From Clostridiales bacterium (lineage in GTDB: Bacteria; Bacillota; Clostridia; Clostridiales; Clostridiaceae), in the NCBI GenBank assembly GCA_012519845.1, contig JAAYPK010000109.1, positions 1,765-65,764 on the forward strand: a stretch of DNA of 64,000 nucleotides. The letters run 5' to 3'. Below, one piece after another: positions 53,081-63,768 of this stretch. Within the stretch, counting starts at the first letter, position 1, and each line of letters begins with the position of its first letter. Under the pieces are notes generated by a model. That model worked only from the letters and a program-made list of their open reading frames with translations, had not been told where the DNA came from and made no database searches. The translations under genes were made by a program, and so were the position numbers.

Positions 53081-53845
53081 ATGGATTTTAACGAATTTCA
53101 TAAATGGGTTCATAGGGAATTAGGAATAAATCTTTCAGCTTATAAGCCAGAACAATTAAATAGAAGGATTACCAGTCTTATGGGCAGAGTAGGAGTGAGC
53201 TCTTTAGATGAATATACAAAAATTATAAAAACTAATGATATGCAGAGACAGAAGTTTTTAGATTTTATAACTATAAATGTAACTGAGTTTTTTAGAAATC
53301 CAGAGTTATTTGAAGAAATAGAGAAAATACTTAAATCAGAAGTTTTAAGTAAGAATAAATCTATTAGAATTTGGAGCGCTGCATGCTCAATAGGATGTGA
53401 ACCTTATTCTCTGGCGATTATACTAAAGCGAATGAATAGTGTGAGAAATGATATATTAGCTACTGATATAGATAATACTATTTTAGAAAGAGCAAAAAAA
53501 GGTGAATATACAGAATCAGAAATTAAAAATGTTTCAAAGTCAGATTTAGATAGATATTTTAAAACAAAGGATAATAAATTCTACATAAATAACGAGATTA
53601 AATCAATGGTGAAATTTAAAAAACATGATTTAATAATAGATAAATATGAAAAAGATTTTGATCTTATTGTATGTAGAAATGTAGTTATTTATTTTAATAA
53701 TGACACAAAGAATAACATTTATAGGAAATTTTCAGAATCTCTTAAAACAGGAGGACTTCTATTTGTTGGAGCTACTGAAAGTATTTATAACTATAGGGAG
53801 TATGGCTTTGAAAAACTATCAACTTTTGTATATAGAAAGGTATAA
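53081..53845 (+). CDS. cheR: Chemotaxis methyltransferase CheR
   Basis: TINVTEFFR, WSAACSIGCEPYS, CRNVVIYF. Confidence 0.96.
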   Translation: MDFNEFHKWVHRELGINLSAYKPEQLNRRITSLMGRVGVSSLDEYTKIIKTNDMQRQKFLDFITINVTEFFRNPELFEEIEKILKSEVLSKNKSIRIWSAACSIGCEPYSLAIILKRMNSVRNDILATDIDNTILERAKKGEYTESEIKNVSKSDLDRYFKTKDNKFYINNEIKSMVKFKKHDLIIDKYEKDFDLIVCRNVVIYFNNDTKNNIYRKFSESLKTGGLLFVGATESIYNYREYGFEKLSTFVYRKV

Positions 53846-53859
53846 GGAGGGGATTTAAT

Positions 53860-55881
53860 ATGGACACATCACAATATATGAATATGTTCTTAGAAGAATC
53901 TATGGATAACTTACAAACATTAAATGAATCATTATTGGAGCTTGAGAATAACCCAGATGATATTGATAGATTAAATCAAATATTTAGAGTTGCTCATACA
54001 ATAAAAGGTATGGCTGCAACAATGGGATTTACAGATATTGCAGAGTTGACTCATAAAATGGAAGATGTTTTATCAGAGTTTAGAGAAGGAGAATTAAAAG
54101 TAACTCAGGATGTTGTAACAGTGCTATTTGACTGCTTGGATACACTTGAAAAAATGGTCAGTAATATTGAAGAAGAATCAGATGAAAAAGTTAATATTGA
54201 AAAAATAATGAATGATTTAGCTAATATTTCTGATGTACATAATCATAGTGATGCACTAGTAAAAAATAATAACAAAGATAAAGAAGTTAAATCTGAAGAA
54301 AAAGAAGATAGTGATATCATTAAATTAAATGAATATGATGTTTCAGTTATTAAACAAGCTATTGAAAAAGGATTTAACATATATAATCTTATTATTCAAA
54401 TAAGTGAAAATACCTTATTAAAGTCTGCTAGAGCATTCTTAATTGTTAAAGATCTTGAAGAAAATGGTGAGATAATTAAATCAGAACCATCTACAGAAAG
54501 TATTGAAAATGAGGAGTTTGATTTTGTTTTAAAATTCGTCTTTGTTACAAATTTATCTGAAGAAGAGGTTAAAAATATTGTAATTGGAATAAGTGAGGTA
54601 ACTTCTGTTGAAATCAGCAAAGTAGATATAAAAGAAGAAATTAAGCCTAAAGAAATAGTAACAGAGGATAGTAAGAAAGAAACTAAAGTTGAAGATAAAA
54701 AGACACAACAACAACCTCAGCATAAAGTATCAAAAAAGACTAGTGGTAAAAAAGGACACCAATCTGTTAGGGTAGATCTTGAAAGAATAGATAAGCTAAT
54801 GAATATGGTTTCTGAAATTGTAATATACAGAACTAGATTAGAACAAATTGTGGTAGATAATAAATCTCAAGAATTAACTGAAACTTTGGAACAAGTAGGA
54901 AGAACAACTTCTGATTTACAAGACTTAGTTATGAAAATAAGGATGCTACCACTAGACACAGTCTTTAATAGATTCCCAAGAATGATTAGAGATATATCAG
55001 TTGAATTAAACAAAGAAATTAATTTTGTTATAGAAGGTGCAGAAACAGAACTTGATAGAACTGTAATAGATGAAATAGGGGAACCATTAATACATTTATT
55101 AAGAAATGCGGCAGATCATGGTGTAGAATCAAAGGAAGAAAGACTTAAGGCAGGAAAAACACCAGTAGGTACTGTAAAGTTAGTTGCATATCAGGAAGGA
55201 ACAAAAGCATTAATTAAAGTAATTGACGATGGAGCAGGAATAAATGTTAAAAAGGTTAAAGAAAAAGCTGAAAGAATGGGGATTAATACAGAGGGATTAA
55301 GTGATAATGACATTAAAAACTTAATTTTTGCTCAAGGATTTAGTACCAATGAAGTTGTAACAGACATTTCAGGAAGAGGAGTTGGAATGGATGTTGTTAA
55401 AACAAAAATAGCATCATTAGGTGGAACTGTAGATTTATATAGTGAAGAAGGTAAGGGATCTACATTTGTCATTAAGTTACCATTAACATTACAAATTATA
55501 CAAGCTTTATTAGTAAAGGTTGGCAGTGAAACCCTTGCAATTTCTTTAGGCTTTATTGATAGAGTTATAGATTATAAAGAGGAAAATATAAAGAAGACCA
55601 ATGGTCAAGAAGTAATTGTATATAGAGATAAAGTAATTCCATTAGTTAGATTAAATGAAAAGTTAGATATAGAAGTGGAAGAAAGCAATAAAAAGTTTGT
55701 AATAATCGTTAATGTAGGAGATAAAACAATTGGTTTATTAGTTGATTCATTATGTGGACAACAAGAAATAGTAATAAAACCATTAGGCAAAACATTAAAA
55801 GATTTAAATCAATATATAGGTGCTACAATACTTGGAAATGGATTAGTAACATTAATTCTAGATGTTGGAGCATTAATATAA
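53860..55881 (+). CDS. cheA: Chemotaxis histidine kinase CheA
   Basis: Hpt FRVAHTIKG, HLLRNAADHG, DDGAG, SGRGVGMDVV, C-terminal CheW-like domain. Confidence 0.97.
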   Translation: MDTSQYMNMFLEESMDNLQTLNESLLELENNPDDIDRLNQIFRVAHTIKGMAATMGFTDIAELTHKMEDVLSEFREGELKVTQDVVTVLFDCLDTLEKMVSNIEEESDEKVNIEKIMNDLANISDVHNHSDALVKNNNKDKEVKSEEKEDSDIIKLNEYDVSVIKQAIEKGFNIYNLIIQISENTLLKSARAFLIVKDLEENGEIIKSEPSTESIENEEFDFVLKFVFVTNLSEEEVKNIVIGISEVTSVEISKVDIKEEIKPKEIVTEDSKKETKVEDKKTQQQPQHKVSKKTSGKKGHQSVRVDLERIDKLMNMVSEIVIYRTRLEQIVVDNKSQELTETLEQVGRTTSDLQDLVMKIRMLPLDTVFNRFPRMIRDISVELNKEINFVIEGAETELDRTVIDEIGEPLIHLLRNAADHGVESKEERLKAGKTPVGTVKLVAYQEGTKALIKVIDDGAGINVKKVKEKAERMGINTEGLSDNDIKNLIFAQGFSTNEVVTDISGRGVGMDVVKTKIASLGGTVDLYSEEGKGSTFVIKLPLTLQIIQALLVKVGSETLAISLGFIDRVIDYKEENIKKTNGQEVIVYRDKVIPLVRLNEKLDIEVEESNKKFVIIVNVGDKTIGLLVDSLCGQQEIVIKPLGKTLKDLNQYIGATILGNGLVTLILDVGALI

Positions 55882-55903
55882 ATAATAATGAGGAGGTAAT
55901 TAA

Positions 55904-56500
55904 GTGCAAAATAAATATAGCAGTCTTCAATTAGATGCTTTAAAAGAAGTTTCTAATATAGGGGTTGGTAATGCTGCTACCTCATTGTCTAGTTTAATTG
56001 GACATAAGATTGATATAACAGTACCTTCTGTAAATGTAGTTGAATTAAATACAATAATTAGTGAATCAGGGGAAAAACTTGTAGCTGGTATTGTAGTAAG
56101 AGTTTTAGGAGATATTCCAGGTAATATTTTAATAATATTTGAAGAAAAAGTAGCCAAAAAGATTATTGAAATGTTAACTGGTAAAGTAGAAGATGAACCA
56201 TCTGAAATGGGATATTCGGTGCTTTGTGAAATTGGAAATATATTGTCTGCCTCATATATGAATGCAATAACTAAGTTTACTGGATTAGAGGCAATTCCAT
56301 CAGTACCAGCAGCATCTTATGACATGATGGGAGCAATATTAGCCACAACATTTATGGAAGCTGGGCAGTTTGATGAATACATATTAGATATAGAAACTGT
56401 ATTTTTAAAAAATGATACCAATGATTTTGGAGCACATTTTTACTATATTCCTGTTCCAGGATCAATTGAAAAAATATTAAATAAAATAGGAATTAATTAA
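55904..56500 (+). CDS. cheC: CheY-P phosphatase CheC
   Basis: Two ExxN motifs (EVSNIG, EIGNIL). Confidence 0.93.
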   Translation: MQNKYSSLQLDALKEVSNIGVGNAATSLSSLIGHKIDITVPSVNVVELNTIISESGEKLVAGIVVRVLGDIPGNILIIFEEKVAKKIIEMLTGKVEDEPSEMGYSVLCEIGNILSASYMNAITKFTGLEAIPSVPAASYDMMGAILATTFMEAGQFDEYILDIETVFLKNDTNDFGAHFYYIPVPGSIEKILNKIGIN

Positions 56501-56517
56501 ATTTGGAGGTTAAAAAT

Positions 56518-56877
56518 ATGGCAAGAGTATTAATTGTTGATGATGCAGCATTTATGAGAATGATGATAAAGGATATTTTAGAGAAAAATGGTTATGAAGT
56601 TGTTGGTGAAGCTAGCAATGGATTAATTGCAGTTGAATTGTATAATAAGGAAAAACCGGATGTAGTTACAATGGATATAACAATGCCAGATATGGATGGG
56701 ATTGAAGCAGTTAAGAAAATTAGAGAAACTAATCCTGATGCAAAGATTATAATGTGTTCTGCAATGGGACAACAATCAATGGTTATGGATGCAATAAAAG
56801 CAGGAGCAAGAGATTTTATTGTAAAACCATTTCAACCAGATAGGGTATTAGAAGCAGTAAGCAAAGTAGTTGGATAG
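56518..56877 (+). CDS. cheY: Chemotaxis response regulator CheY
   Basis: VDDAAFMR, MDITMP, SAMGQ, FIVKPF. Confidence 0.96.
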   Translation: MARVLIVDDAAFMRMMIKDILEKNGYEVVGEASNGLIAVELYNKEKPDVVTMDITMPDMDGIEAVKKIRETNPDAKIIMCSAMGQQSMVMDAIKAGARDFIVKPFQPDRVLEAVSKVVG

Positions 56878-56914
56878 TATGACACAATGTATTCATATTT
56901 AGGAGGAATGTCAA

Positions 56915-57310
56915 ATGCAGATTGTAGTTTTTAAACTATCAGAAGAACATTTTGCTGTAGAAACAGAAAAAGTTCAAGGAATAAATGACATGATGGGGAT
57001 AACCGTGGTACCAAAAGCACCAAATTATATTAAAGGGTTAATTAATCTAAGAGGAAGTATTAAATCACTTGTAGACATTAATATGTTATTAAATTTAAAG
57101 CCAAGTGAGTCACAAAGTAGTATTATTATACTAAAGGTTGAAGATGAGGAAATAGGAATTTCTGTAGATGAAGTAGAAGAAGTTTTAGACATAGATGAAA
57201 AAGAAATACAGAAGACAGAATCAAGTCAAAATTCACAGTATATAAAGGGAATAGTAAATAAGGACGATAAATTACTAACAATTATAGATATAGATAATCT
57301 ACTAAATTAA
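56915..57310 (+). CDS. cheW: Second CheW-family protein
   Basis: VVFKL, IKGLINLRG, GISVDEV. Confidence 0.9.
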   Translation: MQIVVFKLSEEHFAVETEKVQGINDMMGITVVPKAPNYIKGLINLRGSIKSLVDINMLLNLKPSESQSSIIILKVEDEEIGISVDEVEEVLDIDEKEIQKTESSQNSQYIKGIVNKDDKLLTIIDIDNLLN

Positions 57311-57330
57311 TTAAGAAAAGAGGTAAATAT

Positions 57331-58326
57331 ATGGCAGATGTTTTATCACAAAGTGAAATAGATGCACTGTTATCTGCCTTGTCTACAGGAGAATTAGAAC
57401 CAGAACAAGTTGCTACTGAAGAGGAAAAACATAAAGTTAAGATATATGATTTTAGAAGTCCACAAAAATTCTCTAAAGATCATATAAGAACTCTTGAGCT
57501 AATACATGATAATTTTGCTAGGATAATTTCAAATTATCTTACTGCTCAAGTAAGAAAAAATGTTAAGGTGAAAATAGAAACTGTAGAGCAGGTTACATAT
57601 GAAGAGTTTATTCATTCAGTGCAAAATCCAACAATAATGACAATGTTTAAGATGCCACCATTGAATGGGAGCTTATTATTTGAAACAAATCCGCAATTTT
57701 CATTTCAGATAATTGATATTTTATTAGGTGGAAGTGGTGAACGAAAGAGTACAAATAAGGAATTTTCGGATATAGACAAAAATATTATGAAACAGGTAAA
57801 TGCAGGAATGATATCAAATTTATCCTTGGCTTGGGAAGATATAATGAAAGTAGAACCTGAAATTGAAAATATTGAAACTAATCCAGCTATTAATCAAACA
57901 TTAGCGCCTAATGAACCAGTGGCATTAATTGTTTTTTCAGTGGAAATGGGTAAAAGTAATTCTTTCATAAATCTATGTATTCCATATTTGTCCATTGAAA
58001 AAGTATTGGATAAATTAGTAGTTCAGTATTGGTTTAAAAATGATTCAGATGAATTTGCGGAAGAGTCAAAAGCAAAATTAGAAGAAAATCTAAACCCAGT
58101 AGAAATTGATCTTTGTGCAAAACTTGGTGAAACTCATTTATGTGTTGATGATTTCCTAAAATTAACAGAAGGGGATATTTTAAAGTTAAACACTAAATGT
58201 ACTAGTCCTATAGAATTATATATTGAAGATAAGCCATATTATTATGCCAAACCAGGAACTATAGGTAAAAACATGGGAGTAACTGTATTAGAAATTATAG
58301 AAAAGGATGTGAAAGATAGTGAGTAA
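57331..58326 (+). CDS. fliM: Flagellar motor switch protein FliM
   Basis: LSQSEIDALL CheY-binding peptide, YDFRSP, NLCIPY, C-terminal SpoA domain. Confidence 0.96.
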   Translation: MADVLSQSEIDALLSALSTGELEPEQVATEEEKHKVKIYDFRSPQKFSKDHIRTLELIHDNFARIISNYLTAQVRKNVKVKIETVEQVTYEEFIHSVQNPTIMTMFKMPPLNGSLLFETNPQFSFQIIDILLGGSGERKSTNKEFSDIDKNIMKQVNAGMISNLSLAWEDIMKVEPEIENIETNPAINQTLAPNEPVALIVFSVEMGKSNSFINLCIPYLSIEKVLDKLVVQYWFKNDSDEFAEESKAKLEENLNPVEIDLCAKLGETHLCVDDFLKLTEGDILKLNTKCTSPIELYIEDKPYYYAKPGTIGKNMGVTVLEIIEKDVKDSE

Positions 58327-59449
58327 CGGCTTTTTGTCTCAAGAAGAAATAAATTCACTACTTAATGGAGATAGTAGTAACAATAATGAACAAACAGAAA
58401 AAAATGAAGAAGTATTAACAGATATAGATAAGGATTTACTAGGGGAAATAGGAAATATCTCCATGGGGGCAGCTTCCACAGCCTTGTATCAAAGTATTAA
58501 CCAAAAGGTAAATATTACAACACCAGTTGTTACTGAAACAACTTTATCAGAAATAAAAGATGGATTTGATACACCAAATGTAGTTTTAGAAGTTGAATAT
58601 GTAAGTGGAATTACAGGAAGAAATATTTTAATAATTAAAACTGAAGATGCAGCAGTTATTGCAAGTTTAATGATGGGTGGAGATGGTAAAGTTGAAGCTC
58701 ATGACTTGTCAGAAATAGAGTTAAGTGCAGTACAAGAAGCTATGAACCAAATGATAGGTTCTGCAGCAACCTCAATGGCAACAATGTTTTCAAGAGAAGT
58801 TAACATTTCACCTCCAAAGTCTAAAATTTGGAGAGAGAAATCTGAAATATTATCTGATAAGATACCAGAAGATGAAAGAATAGTAAGAGTAAATTTTCAT
58901 ATGACAATAGGCGATTTAGTTGATAGTAATATAATGCAGATATTAACATTTGATACAGCTAAAAAAATAAGTTCTATAATGATGGGAAATGAAGGTACAC
59001 AAGAAGAAAAAAATATTGAAGAGAATAAAAAGCAGGGAGAGAGTGTTGTGAAAAAGAAAGAACAACCACCAATTGTTGAAAAACCAATTGTTGAAAAACC
59101 AATTGTTGAAAATAGACAACCTGAAGTAAGAACAGATGTACATGAAGCTAGTTTTGAACCTTTAAGCCCTATTGGGAAAAATAATGCCCCTCAAAATATT
59201 GACTTGATATTAGATGTTCCACTTGATATATCAGTAGTATTAGGAAGAACTAGAAAAAGCATTAAAGATATTTTGTCATTAAGTACTGGGTCTTTAGTTG
59301 AACTTGATAAATTAGCAGAAGAACCTGTGGAAATTCTAGTAAATGGAAAGAAAATTGCTTTTGGAGAAGTAGTTGTAGTAGATGAGAACTTTGGGGTAAG
59401 AATAACTAGTATAATTAGTAATGCTGAAAGAATTAAATCATTAAAATAA
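58319..59449 (+). CDS. fliY: Flagellar motor switch phosphatase FliY
   Basis: LSQEEINSLL, EIGNISMG, EAMNQM, FliN-like C-terminus GEVVVVDENFGVRIT. Confidence 0.95.
   Translation: MSNGFLSQEEINSLLNGDSSNNNEQTEKNEEVLTDIDKDLLGEIGNISMGAASTALYQSINQKVNITTPVVTETTLSEIKDGFDTPNVVLEVEYVSGITGRNILIIKTEDAAVIASLMMGGDGKVEAHDLSEIELSAVQEAMNQMIGSAATSMATMFSREVNISPPKSKIWREKSEILSDKIPEDERIVRVNFHMTIGDLVDSNIMQILTFDTAKKISSIMMGNEGTQEEKNIEENKKQGESVVKKKEQPPIVEKPIVEKPIVENRQPEVRTDVHEASFEPLSPIGKNNAPQNIDLILDVPLDISVVLGRTRKSIKDILSLSTGSLVELDKLAEEPVEILVNGKKIAFGEVVVVDENFGVRITSIISNAERIKSLK
59068..59112 (+). repeat. Three perfect in-frame 15-bp tandem copies in the fliY linker
   Basis: ACCAATTGTTGAAAA x3, encoding PIVEK-PIVEK-PIVEN. 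Confidence 0.95.
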
Positions 59450-59486
59450 TCTTTATATAAATTTTATATTAATCAGTAGAATTGTT

Positions 59487-59548
59487 GGATGATAAAGTTT
59501 TGTGTAGTATTTTTAGGCCTATAGGGTCAACACAAAGCTGTATCATTC
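59487..59548. repeat. ~60-bp palindromic intergenic element, copy 2 (probably also the che-fliY terminator)
   Basis: Arms GGATGATAAAGTTTTGTGT / ACACAAAGCTGTATCATTC with a 24-nt spacer, followed by T7. Matches 19764-19823. Confidence 0.7.
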
Positions 59549-59581
59549 TTTTTTTATTCATAATTATTTTTTATATTATAC

Positions 59582-59608
59582 TAAATTATATTTACAATAA
59601 GACGATAA
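59582..59608 (+). promoter_or_regulatory. Sigma-28 (SigD/FliA) promoter of the flgM operon
   Basis: TAAA-15 bp-GACGATAA versus consensus TAAA-N15-GCCGATAA. Confidence 0.8.
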
Positions 59609-59642
59609 TAAAAATAAGAAATAATATATGGAGGGAATAACT

Positions 59643-59921
59643 ATGAAGATTAGTGGAATAAACTCTCAAAATATAATTAATACCTATAACAAGAACTCAG
59701 AAAATCGTATTAATGTAAATAGTGCTTCAAGTAAAAAAGATACAATTGAAATATCATCTATAGGTAAGAGTTTAAGAAATTATTCATTAGAGAACACAAA
59801 TCTAGATAAGAGTAATGATCTAGAGATAATAAAAAATGAAGTTAAGAATGGAACCTATAATGTAGATGCAAAATTAACTGCACAAAGTATTTTAGACTAT
59901 ATAAGAGGTAAGAAGGTATGA
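59643..59921 (+). CDS. flgM: Anti-sigma-28 factor FlgM
   Basis: KDTIEIS, IKNEVKNGTYNVDAKLTAQSI. Position before flgN-flgK. Confidence 0.9.
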   Translation: MKISGINSQNIINTYNKNSENRINVNSASSKKDTIEISSIGKSLRNYSLENTNLDKSNDLEIIKNEVKNGTYNVDAKLTAQSILDYIRGKKV

Positions 59922-60331
59922 TTGATAAGGAATTATCGGAAATTATATTAAAGGAAGAAGAAGCATTAAAAAAAGTTTTAGTACTTTTAGATGAACAATA
60001 CAAAAATATTATGACTAAAAATGTTTTTGAGCTTGAAGCATTAGTAGATAGAATAAAAGCTTGCAATAAACAAGTTGCGGAAATTGAAGTTTCAAGACGA
60101 AAATTAATTGGAAATAAGAGCATGAAAGAAATTGTAAATAAAACTCATTATAAAGAATTAAGTGAAGGATATAGAAGAACGGTAAAATTAATTGAAAGTA
60201 TTAAATTTCAGAAAGATACTAATGAGCTATTAATAAAACAACAAATTGGGTTTAACAACCAAATTATTAATGTAATAAATCCAAGAAGAGAAAATAAAAC
60301 ATATAACTCATATGGAAAATTAACTAGATAA
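59918..60331 (+). CDS. flgN: Flagellar export chaperone FlgN
   Basis: Helical 137-aa protein with NELLIKQ...YNSYG C-terminus. Synteny flgM-flgN-flgK. Confidence 0.85.
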   Translation: MIDKELSEIILKEEEALKKVLVLLDEQYKNIMTKNVFELEALVDRIKACNKQVAEIEVSRRKLIGNKSMKEIVNKTHYKELSEGYRRTVKLIESIKFQKDTNELLIKQQIGFNNQIINVINPRRENKTYNSYGKLTR

Positions 60332-60344
60332 AAGGAGGATATAG

Positions 60345-62135
60345 ATGTCAGGATTATTTGGAACATTTAACATTGCTAAAAGAGGAATAAATGTATCACA
60401 AGCTACTATTGATGTAACATCACACAATATGGCTAATGCAAATACAGAGGGATATTCTAGGCAAAGAGCTGAAATAGTAACTTCAAGACCATCTTCGCCA
60501 GGAATGTATAAAGGACAAGTAGGAACTGGTGCTCAAATAGAGGCGATTAATAGAATTAGAGATACTTTTTTAGATTATCAAGTTAGAGGAGAAAGTAGTG
60601 CCCTTGGAAAAGCTGAAGTAAGAAATGAAGTTCTTTATCAAATCGAAGGTATTTTTAATGAACCATCTGATACAGGTATTTCAACTTTACTTGGAAAGTT
60701 TTTTGATGGATTTCAAGAGTTGTCAAAACAACCTAACAGTTCAAATGCAAGAACGGTAGCTATTCAACAAGCAGTGTCATTAACTTCTTCTTTAAATCAT
60801 GTGGCAATTAAATTAGAAGAGTTACAAGCTAACGCACAAAGTTTGTTAAAGAATAATTGTACAGATATAAATAGTGCTTTAGATCAAATTAACAAATTAA
60901 ATAAAGAAATAAAAATGGTTACTGCATCAGGAGAAAACCCTAATGATTTAATGGATAAAAGGGATTTATTATTAGATCAGTTAAGCAAAAAGTTTAATTT
61001 AACTGTTGATGAAAAATCCTTTAATGGAATAGATGTAAAAACTGTAGATTCATGCGGAATGAAAAATCCTACATTAGTAAGTGCAGCTCCAAATGATCAG
61101 CAAACAAGATTTTCATATATTACATCTATTGAAAAAGATCCTAATTATCCAAATATTCATGTTATTACTTATGCAAAACTTGGAGATACAAGTAAATCTG
61201 AAAATTTTCAAACAATCAGGGTAGCAGATTTAACAGATTCTCAAATAGAAGATTTAAGCAAAAGCAGATTAATTTGGGCTGATGAAGAAGGAAATGCTGT
61301 AAAAGGTGATGGATATAAAATAAAAAATAACGGAATAATTAATGGGGCAGAATTAATGGTATTTACACCTTCTTCAGGTGAGGTAGCTGGTAATATTACA
61401 GTTCAAGATGATATTTCAAATTATATAGATCAATTAAATAAATTAGCTAAGGCTATAGCATTTTCTGTAAATGCTATACATAGTGGATTAACAAATCCAC
61501 TTCAAACTGGAGGAGATCCAGAAAAAGATTTCATGCCATTCTTTGTTAATCAAGATGTGGCTTATTATGGCTCTGATAGATTATTAAGTAATTTAGATGA
61601 AACGCTAAGGGCAGAAAGTGAAATTACAGCTAAGAATATTTCTATTAATACTGAATTAATAGATGATGTTATGAAACTTAAAACAAGAACTCATGATAAT
61701 AATTTTTCATATGCTAATGAAAATAATGTTGATGGAGAAGGTGATGGGGCAAGAGCTTTAGCTATTGCAAAACTAAGAGATTCATTAATAAGGATACAAG
61801 ATTTTGGAACAGTAATTAATTCAAGAGATGATTTAGTTACAACTAATTTTGGTATGACAATTGAAGATGATACTAGTGGTACTTCAATGGACTCATTTTT
61901 TAAAGATATTATTGATAAATTAGGTGTTCAAGCACAGGAAGCTAACAGGCAAGAAATAAACCAAAACGTTATGCTAAATGAATTGGAAAATAGTAGACAG
62001 TCAGTAGCAGGAGTATCTTTAGATGAAGAACTTGCAAATTTAATTCAATTCCAACATGCTTATAGTGCAAATGCAAAAATAATATCCACTATTGACGAAT
62101 TATTAGATGTGGTTGTTAATGGCTTAAAGAGATAG
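60345..62135 (+). CDS. flgK: Flagellar hook-associated protein 1
   Basis: SHNMANANTEGYSRQ, NDLMDKRD, GVSLDEELANLIQFQHAYSA. Confidence 0.96.
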   Translation: MSGLFGTFNIAKRGINVSQATIDVTSHNMANANTEGYSRQRAEIVTSRPSSPGMYKGQVGTGAQIEAINRIRDTFLDYQVRGESSALGKAEVRNEVLYQIEGIFNEPSDTGISTLLGKFFDGFQELSKQPNSSNARTVAIQQAVSLTSSLNHVAIKLEELQANAQSLLKNNCTDINSALDQINKLNKEIKMVTASGENPNDLMDKRDLLLDQLSKKFNLTVDEKSFNGIDVKTVDSCGMKNPTLVSAAPNDQQTRFSYITSIEKDPNYPNIHVITYAKLGDTSKSENFQTIRVADLTDSQIEDLSKSRLIWADEEGNAVKGDGYKIKNNGIINGAELMVFTPSSGEVAGNITVQDDISNYIDQLNKLAKAIAFSVNAIHSGLTNPLQTGGDPEKDFMPFFVNQDVAYYGSDRLLSNLDETLRAESEITAKNISINTELIDDVMKLKTRTHDNNFSYANENNVDGEGDGARALAIAKLRDSLIRIQDFGTVINSRDDLVTTNFGMTIEDDTSGTSMDSFFKDIIDKLGVQAQEANRQEINQNVMLNELENSRQSVAGVSLDEELANLIQFQHAYSANAKIISTIDELLDVVVNGLKR

Positions 62136-62156
62136 TAAGGAGGTAATGATTTAGAA

Positions 62157-63149
62157 ATGAGAATTACGAATAAAATGATAAAAAACACTTATATGAGTGA
62201 TATGACTAGAAATCTAAATAATATGCAAACTTTAAATAAACAACTATCTTCAGGTAAAGAGATAAGTAGACCTTCTGATAATCCATATAAGGTTGCCAGA
62301 AGTATGCAGCTTTATACTGATATAAATGCTAATAAACAATATAATGAAAACATAAAAGATACAATAAATTGGCTAGATACAACTGATTCTGCATTAAATC
62401 AAATAACCAATATTATGCAAAGAGTTAGAGAACTTATGGTATCAGCAGGAAATGCTAGTTATGGATCTGATGAAAGAAATGCTATTTTAGATGAAGTTAA
62501 TGAAAGAGTAGCTGAAATATCCCAAGTTTTAAATACAAATTTTGATGGAAAATACATATTTGGAGGAACTAAAACCGCATCTAAACCAATAGATGCAGTT
62601 GAAAGTGCTATTACTGGGAATAAATCTCTTGTTTTTTTAGATAAAGATGGAAATTCCCTTGATTTAGATAGTACATATGTTAACGACATGTATCAAATAG
62701 ATATGCTTAAGGGTGAATTAAATACAGAAATATCTCAAGGCGTAATAATGCAATATAATGTTTGCGCAACTGATTTACTTCTATTTAAGAATAATGATGG
62801 CAAATCAATTAATGCAATTGAGTTATTAAGTGAAATTACAAATAATTTAAATTCACCAGATGAAATAGATAATGCCAAAATAACAAATGAAAATTTAAAA
62901 GGTATAGACGATGTAATAACAAATTTATTAAAAGTAAGGGCTGAAGTTGGAGCAAAGCAAAATAGAATGGATGCTGCTGAAACTAAAAATGGTGATGAAA
63001 CATATAACATGACTGATATTTTGTCAAAGACAGAAGATATTGACTTTACAGAAAAAACAATGGAATATGCTATAGCTCAAACTGTTTATCAAGCATCACT
63101 TCAAGTAAGTGCACAAATATTACCACAAACAATTTTAGATTATATTTAA
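62157..63149 (+). CDS. flgL: Flagellar hook-associated protein 3
   Basis: MRITN, SSGKEISRPSDNP, YIFGG, RAEVGAKQNR, ILDYI. Confidence 0.95.
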   Translation: MRITNKMIKNTYMSDMTRNLNNMQTLNKQLSSGKEISRPSDNPYKVARSMQLYTDINANKQYNENIKDTINWLDTTDSALNQITNIMQRVRELMVSAGNASYGSDERNAILDEVNERVAEISQVLNTNFDGKYIFGGTKTASKPIDAVESAITGNKSLVFLDKDGNSLDLDSTYVNDMYQIDMLKGELNTEISQGVIMQYNVCATDLLLFKNNDGKSINAIELLSEITNNLNSPDEIDNAKITNENLKGIDDVITNLLKVRAEVGAKQNRMDAAETKNGDETYNMTDILSKTEDIDFTEKTMEYAIAQTVYQASLQVSAQILPQTILDYI

Positions 63150-63160
63150 GGAGAATAAAT

Positions 63161-63559
63161 ATGAAAATTTTTTTTGAAAAAGGATTGTTAGGTCTTGAAA
63201 GTTATAAAAACTATGATCTTCAAGATATAAAAGGGAATAATGAATATAAAGTTTTAAATTGCTTAGATAATAAAGAAATTAGTTTAGTAGTTATGAGCCC
63301 ATTTAACATAAAAAATGACTATGAAATCAATTTGTCTGAAGAAGTTATTAAGAACTTAAAAATAGAATCAAAAGATGATGTTACTTTATATACTACTGTT
63401 ATTTTAAATTCAGATTATAGAAAAATGACTACTAATTTAAGAGCACCAATTGTAATTAATGAGCAGTCTTTATTAGGAGAACAGATTATATTACCAAAAG
63501 AAAGTTATGAAATTAAGCATCCAATATATAAGGAGGAAGCAGATGTTAGTAATTACTAG
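63161..63559 (+). CDS. fliW: Flagellar assembly factor FliW
   Basis: [27 protein letters not shown]. Confidence 0.93.
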   Translation: MKIFFEKGLLGLESYKNYDLQDIKGNNEYKVLNCLDNKEISLVVMSPFNIKNDYEINLSEEVIKNLKIESKDDVTLYTTVILNSDYRKMTTNLRAPIVINEQSLLGEQIILPKESYEIKHPIYKEEADVSNY

Positions 63560-63758
63560 GAAAGAAGGAGAATCGATATATATTGGAGATAATATTGAGA
63601 TAAGTATTGCTAAAGTTCAAGATGGAAATGTAAAAATAGCAATAAATGCTCCAAAAGATATGTTAATACTAAGAAAGGAATTAGTAAAAGCAATTGAAGA
63701 GGAAAATAAAAAAGCTAGCAAAGTAGATTTAAATTTACTTAATAATATAAAAAAATGA
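63543..63758 (+). CDS. csrA: Carbon storage regulator CsrA
   Basis: [18 protein letters not shown]...[23 protein letters not shown] inside fliW. Confidence 0.95.
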   Translation: MLVITRKEGESIYIGDNIEISIAKVQDGNVKIAINAPKDMLILRKELVKAIEEENKKASKVDLNLLNNIKK

Positions 63759-63768
63759 GGTGATTAAA

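Noticed and set aside
59068-59112. Possible CRISPR-like repeat
   Set aside because: Direct tandem 15-mers without spacers inside a coding region. No cas genes in the window.
59450-59627. Possible c-di-GMP riboswitch before the flagellar genes
   Set aside because: No GEMM-type GGCAAA/GNRA-receptor architecture is visible. The region is explained by the palindromic element and a sigma-28 promoter.
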